DNA of 64,000 nucleotides from Escherichia coli (GTDB lineage Bacteria; Pseudomonadota; Gammaproteobacteria; Enterobacterales; Enterobacteriaceae): NCBI RefSeq assembly GCF_045037415.1, contig NZ_CP173438.1; one strand, 5' to 3'. Shown piece by piece: positions 60,948 to 64,000 of this stretch (position 1 is its first letter; each line of letters starts with the position of its first letter). The notes under the pieces were generated by a model. It saw only the letters and a program-made list of their open reading frames with translations, ran no database searches and was not told where the DNA came from. The position numbers and the translations under genes were made by a program.

Positions 60948-61490
60948 ATGGCGAAATCAGCACTGTTCACGGTGCGTAATAATGAGTCCTGCCCAAAGTG
61001 CGGGGCTGAACTAGTTATTCGATCCGGGAAACACGGTCCGTTTCTTGGATGCTCACAGTATCCGGCATGTGGCTACGTCCGTCCTCTGAAATCTTCAGCG
61101 GATGGACATATTGTCAAAGTTCTGGAGGGGCAGGTTTGCCCTGCATGTGGCGCAAATCTGGTATTACGCCAGGGACGCTTTGGTATGTTTATTGGTTGCA
61201 GTAACTACCCTGAATGCGAACATACCGAACTTATCGATAAACCGGACGAAACAGCAATTACATGCCCCCAATGCCGGACGGGCCATCTGGTTCAGCGCCG
61301 CTCCCGTTATGGCAAAACATTTCACTCCTGTGATCGCTACCCGGAGTGTCAATTTGCCATTAACTTCAAACCCATAGCTGGAGAATGCCCTGAGTGCCAT
61401 TATCCGCTACTCATCGAAAAGAAAACCGCGCAGGGTGTAAAACACTTTTGTGCCAGTAAACAATGTGGAAAGCCGATTTCGGCGGAATAA
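60948..61490 (+). CDS. yrdD: Topoisomerase-I-type zinc-ribbon protein YrdD (four tandem C4 zinc ribbons)
   Basis: 180-aa ORF with four repeats of CPxC...C..YPxC (CPKCG..., CPACG..., CPQCR..., CPECH...). Confidence 0.85.
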   Translation: MAKSALFTVRNNESCPKCGAELVIRSGKHGPFLGCSQYPACGYVRPLKSSADGHIVKVLEGQVCPACGANLVLRQGRFGMFIGCSNYPECEHTELIDKPDETAITCPQCRTGHLVQRRSRYGKTFHSCDRYPECQFAINFKPIAGECPECHYPLLIEKKTAQGVKHFCASKQCGKPISAE

Positions 61491-61494
61491 TAAC

Positions 61495-62067
61495 GTGAAT
61501 AATAACCTGCAAGGAGACGCTATCGCAGCTGCGATAGATGTCCTCAATGAAGAACGTGTCATCGCCTATCCAACGGAAGCCGTTTTCGGTGTCGGGTGCG
61601 ATCCTGATAGCGAAACAGCAGTGATGAGACTGTTGGAGTTAAAACGGCGTCCGGTTGATAAGGGGCTGATTTTAATCGCGGCAAATTACGAGCAGCTTAA
61701 ACCCTATATTGATGACACCATGCTGACTGACGCGCAGCGTGAAACCATTTTTTCCCGCTGGCCAGGTCCTGTAACCTTTGTCTTTCCCGCGCCTGCGACA
61801 ACACCGCGCTGGTTGACGGGCCGCTTTGATTCGCTTGCTGTACGAGTCACCGACCATCCGTTGGTGGTTGCTTTGTGCCAGGCTTATGGTAAACCGCTGG
61901 TTTCTACCAGTGCCAACTTGAGTGGATTGCCACCTTGTCGAACAGTAGACGAAGTTCGCGCACAATTTGGCGCTGCGTTCCCGGTTGTGCCTGGTGAAAC
62001 GGGGGGGCGTTTAAATCCTTCAGAAATCCGCGATGCCCTGACGGGTGAACTGTTTCGACAGGGGTAA
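61495..62067 (+). CDS. tsaC: L-threonylcarbamoyladenylate synthase TsaC (YrdC)
   Basis: GTG start at 61495 giving [37 protein letters not shown]... (190 aa); ORF track extends upstream to 61450. Confidence 0.9.
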   Translation: MNNNLQGDAIAAAIDVLNEERVIAYPTEAVFGVGCDPDSETAVMRLLELKRRPVDKGLILIAANYEQLKPYIDDTMLTDAQRETIFSRWPGPVTFVFPAPATTPRWLTGRFDSLAVRVTDHPLVVALCQAYGKPLVSTSANLSGLPPCRTVDEVRAQFGAAFPVVPGETGGRLNPSEIRDALTGELFRQG

Positions 62068-62071
62068 CATA

Positions 62072-62890
62072 ATGGAAACCTATGCTGTTTTTGGTAATCC
62101 GATAGCCCACAGCAAATCGCCATTCATTCATCAGCAATTTGCTCAGCAACTGAATATTGAACATCCCTATGGGCGTGTGTTGACACCCATCAATGATTTC
62201 ATCAACACACTGAACACTTTCTTTAGTGCTGGTGGTAAAGGTGCGAATGTGACGGTGCCTTTTAAAGAAGAGGCTTTTGCCAGAGCGGATGAGCTTACTG
62301 AACGGGCAGCGTTGGCTGGTGCTGTTAATACCCTCAAGCGGTTAGAAGATGGACGCTTGCTGGGTGACAATACCGATGGTATAGGTTTGTTAAGCGATCT
62401 GGAACGTCTGTCTTTTATCCGTCCTGGTTTACGTATTTTGCTCATCGGCGCTGGTGGAGCATCTCGCGGCGTACTACTGCCACTCCTTTCCCTGGACTGT
62501 GCGGTGACAATCACTAATCGGACGGTATCCCGCGCGGAAGAGTTGGCTAAATTGTTTGCGCACACTGGCAGTATTCACGCGTTGGGTATGCACGAACTGG
62601 AAGGTCATGAGTTTGATCTCATTATTAATGCAACATCCAGTGGCATCAGTGGTGATATTCCGGCGATCCCGTCATCGCTCATTCATCCAGGCATTTATTG
62701 CTATGACATGTTCTATCAGAAAGGAAAAACTCCTTTTCTGGCATGGTGTGAGCAGCGAGGCTCAAAGCGTACTGCTGATGGTTTAGGAATGCTGGTGGCA
62801 CAAGCGGCTCATGCCTTCCTTCTTTGGCATGGCGTTCTGCCTGATGTAGAACCGGTCATCAAACTATTGCAACAGGAGTTGTCAGCGTGA
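62072..62890 (+). CDS. aroE: Shikimate dehydrogenase (NADP+)
   Basis: Start at [27 protein letters not shown] (272 aa); ORF track extends upstream to 62045. Confidence 0.95.
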   Translation: METYAVFGNPIAHSKSPFIHQQFAQQLNIEHPYGRVLTPINDFINTLNTFFSAGGKGANVTVPFKEEAFARADELTERAALAGAVNTLKRLEDGRLLGDNTDGIGLLSDLERLSFIRPGLRILLIGAGGASRGVLLPLLSLDCAVTITNRTVSRAEELAKLFAHTGSIHALGMHELEGHEFDLIINATSSGISGDIPAIPSSLIHPGIYCYDMFYQKGKTPFLAWCEQRGSKRTADGLGMLVAQAAHAFLLWHGVLPDVEPVIKLLQQELSA

Positions 62891-63144
62891 ATCAGGCCAT
62901 CCAGTTTCCGGATAGGGAAGAGTGGGACGAGAATAAAAAATGTGTATGTTTTCCCGCTCTCGTGAATGGTATGCAACTGACATGTGCGATCTCTGGCGAG
63001 AGTCTGGCGTATCGCTTTACTGGAGATACACCAGAACAGTGGTTAGAGAGTTTTCGTCAGCATCGCTGGGACCTGGAAGAAGAAGCGGAAAACTTAATTC
63101 AGGAACAAAGTGAAGATGATCAAGGTTGGGTGTGGTTACCCTGA
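62887..63144 (+). CDS. yrdB: DUF1488-family protein YrdB
   Basis: 85-aa [43 protein letters not shown]...; overlaps aroE stop; 3' end overlaps convergent yrdA by 25 nt. Confidence 0.85.
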   Translation: MNQAIQFPDREEWDENKKCVCFPALVNGMQLTCAISGESLAYRFTGDTPEQWLESFRQHRWDLEEEAENLIQEQSEDDQGWVWLP

Positions 63145-63674
63145 TCCATATATTCGTCCTTCCATTTCACGTAGTTATTTGCGGAATAGCGTAACCCAGC
63201 CTTCTCTTCATCACTTAACGGGCGGATCTGTTTGACGGGGCTACCGAGATACAGATATCCGCTCTCCAGCCGTTTATTTTGTGGGACCAGGCTACCTGCA
63301 CCAATCATCACATCATCTTCTACTATTGCGCCATCAAGTAAAATTGAGCCCATCCCAACCAAAACTCGATTGCCAATGGTGCAGCCGTGGAGCATCACCT
63401 TGTGACCAATAGTGACATCTTCGCCAATGGTTAATGGGTTGCCAGCTGGGTTGTACGAGGATTTATGAGTGACGTGCAACATACTGCCATCCTGGATATT
63501 GGTGCGTGCTCCGATCTGTACATAATGTACATCTCCACGAATCACAACGAGCGGCCAGATCCCCACATCATCAGCCAGACGAACGTCACCAATCACGACG
63601 CTGCTATCGTCGATCATTACGCGCTGACCGATTTGTGGAAAAAGATCGCGGTATGGGCGTAAAACCTCAGACAT
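63120..63674 (-). CDS. yrdA: Gamma-carbonic-anhydrase-like hexapeptide-repeat protein YrdA
   Basis: Start taken at MSEVLRPYRDLFPQIGQRVMIDDSSVVIGDVRLADDV (ATG 63674, 184 aa); ORF track (GTG at 63968) over-extends into the rrnD promoter region. Confidence 0.9.
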   Translation of the reverse strand: MSEVLRPYRDLFPQIGQRVMIDDSSVVIGDVRLADDVGIWPLVVIRGDVHYVQIGARTNIQDGSMLHVTHKSSYNPAGNPLTIGEDVTIGHKVMLHGCTIGNRVLVGMGSILLDGAIVEDDVMIGAGSLVPQNKRLESGYLYLGSPVKQIRPLSDEEKAGLRYSANNYVKWKDEYMDQGNHTQP

Positions 63675-63699
63675 ACTCACCTCAACAATAAATGATTTA

Positions 63700-63826
63700 C
63701 TAATGACTTTGGGTACATTATTGGCCTTGTGCAAGTCTTTTAGTATGCAAAAAAGCACCGTTTTGTGTGCGAATGCAGCAAAAAGGGTGAAAAAACAACA
63801 AACAGAAAAAAAGATCAAAAAAGTAC
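63700..63826 (+). promoter_or_regulatory. rrn operon upstream activating region (A-rich UP element / probable FIS sites)
   Basis: A-tract-rich sequence aaaagggtgaaaaaacaacaaacagaaaaaaagatcaaaaaagtac immediately upstream of the rrn P1 -35. Confidence 0.5.
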
Positions 63827-63854
63827 TTGTGCAAAAAATTGGGATCCCTATAAT
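63827..63854 (+). promoter_or_regulatory. rRNA operon P1 promoter (rrnD-like): TTGTGC -35, 16-bp spacer, TATAAT -10, GCGCC discriminator
   Basis: cTTGTGCaaaaaattgggatcccTATAATgcgcctcc matches the rrn P1 architecture (compare rrnB P1 TTGTCA-16-TATAAT-GCGCC). Confidence 0.7.
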
Positions 63855-63933
63855 GCGCCTCCGTTGAGACGACAACGTGAAACACTTCACAAGATAGTCG
63901 TAACAACAAAGAGAAAAATCCTGAAATTCAGGG

Positions 63934-63961
63934 TTGACTCTGAAAGAGGAAAGCGTAATAT
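63934..63961 (+). promoter_or_regulatory. rRNA operon P2 promoter: TTGACT -35, 16-bp spacer, TAATAT -10
   Basis: gggTTGACTctgaaagaggaaagcgTAATATacgcc about 105 bp downstream of P1; 16S gene lies beyond the window end. Confidence 0.65.
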
Positions 63962-64000
63962 ACGCCACCTCGCGACAGTGAGCTGAAAACCGCGTCGCAA

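Noticed and set aside
63718..63986. Small ORFs 63718-63909 (minus) and 63765-63986 (plus) at the window end
   Set aside because: They lie across the rrn UP element and P1/P2 promoters, have low-complexity K/R-rich translations and no ribosome-binding context; the promoter interpretation explains the sequence.

Overview
This window is a contiguous, syntenic stretch of Escherichia coli chromosome (reverse-complement orientation relative to K-12 numbering, roughly the tsgA-ppiA to rrnD interval), and I recognise essentially every gene in it. I found no undescribed system: no integrase, transposase, IS element, prophage, CRISPR array, tRNA, or unexplained ORF. Every ORF of 60 aa or more in the six-frame track is either a known core gene or an antisense shadow of one. 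Gene order is tsgA (5' partial), ppiA, yhfG-fic, pabA, argD, yhfK, crp, yhfA, prkB, yheU, yheT, yheS, kefG-kefB, yheV, slyD, slyX, fkpA, yheO-tusDCB, the str operon (rpsL-rpsG-fusA-tufA), chiA, bfd-bfr, the gsp type II secretion locus (gspO-gspC on the minus strand, divergent gspAB), the S10, spc and alpha ribosomal-protein operons (including rpmD, rpmJ and yhfG, which are under 60 aa and absent from the ORF track), then yhdN, zntR, arfA, mscL, trkA, rsmB, fmt, def, smf, smg, yrdD, tsaC, aroE, yrdB, yrdA, ending in the rrnD P1/P2 promoters. The most notable observations are: (1) gspO, the prepilin peptidase of the gsp locus, is split into two overlapping reading frames, consistent with a 5-nt frameshift deletion; (2) rpsG ends at a TAA giving the 156-aa B-type S7, followed by an open 22-codon in-frame extension, so the strain is not K-12; (3) a perfect 17-bp inverted repeat sits in the AT-rich region upstream of chiA; (4) chiA carries modular internal repeats and an 18-bp tandem linker repeat; (5) the arfA hairpin and the non-canonical Fic motif are visible in the sequence. 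All coordinates were derived by hand from the printed sequence; gene identities rest on recognising the translated proteins, and no database search was run.
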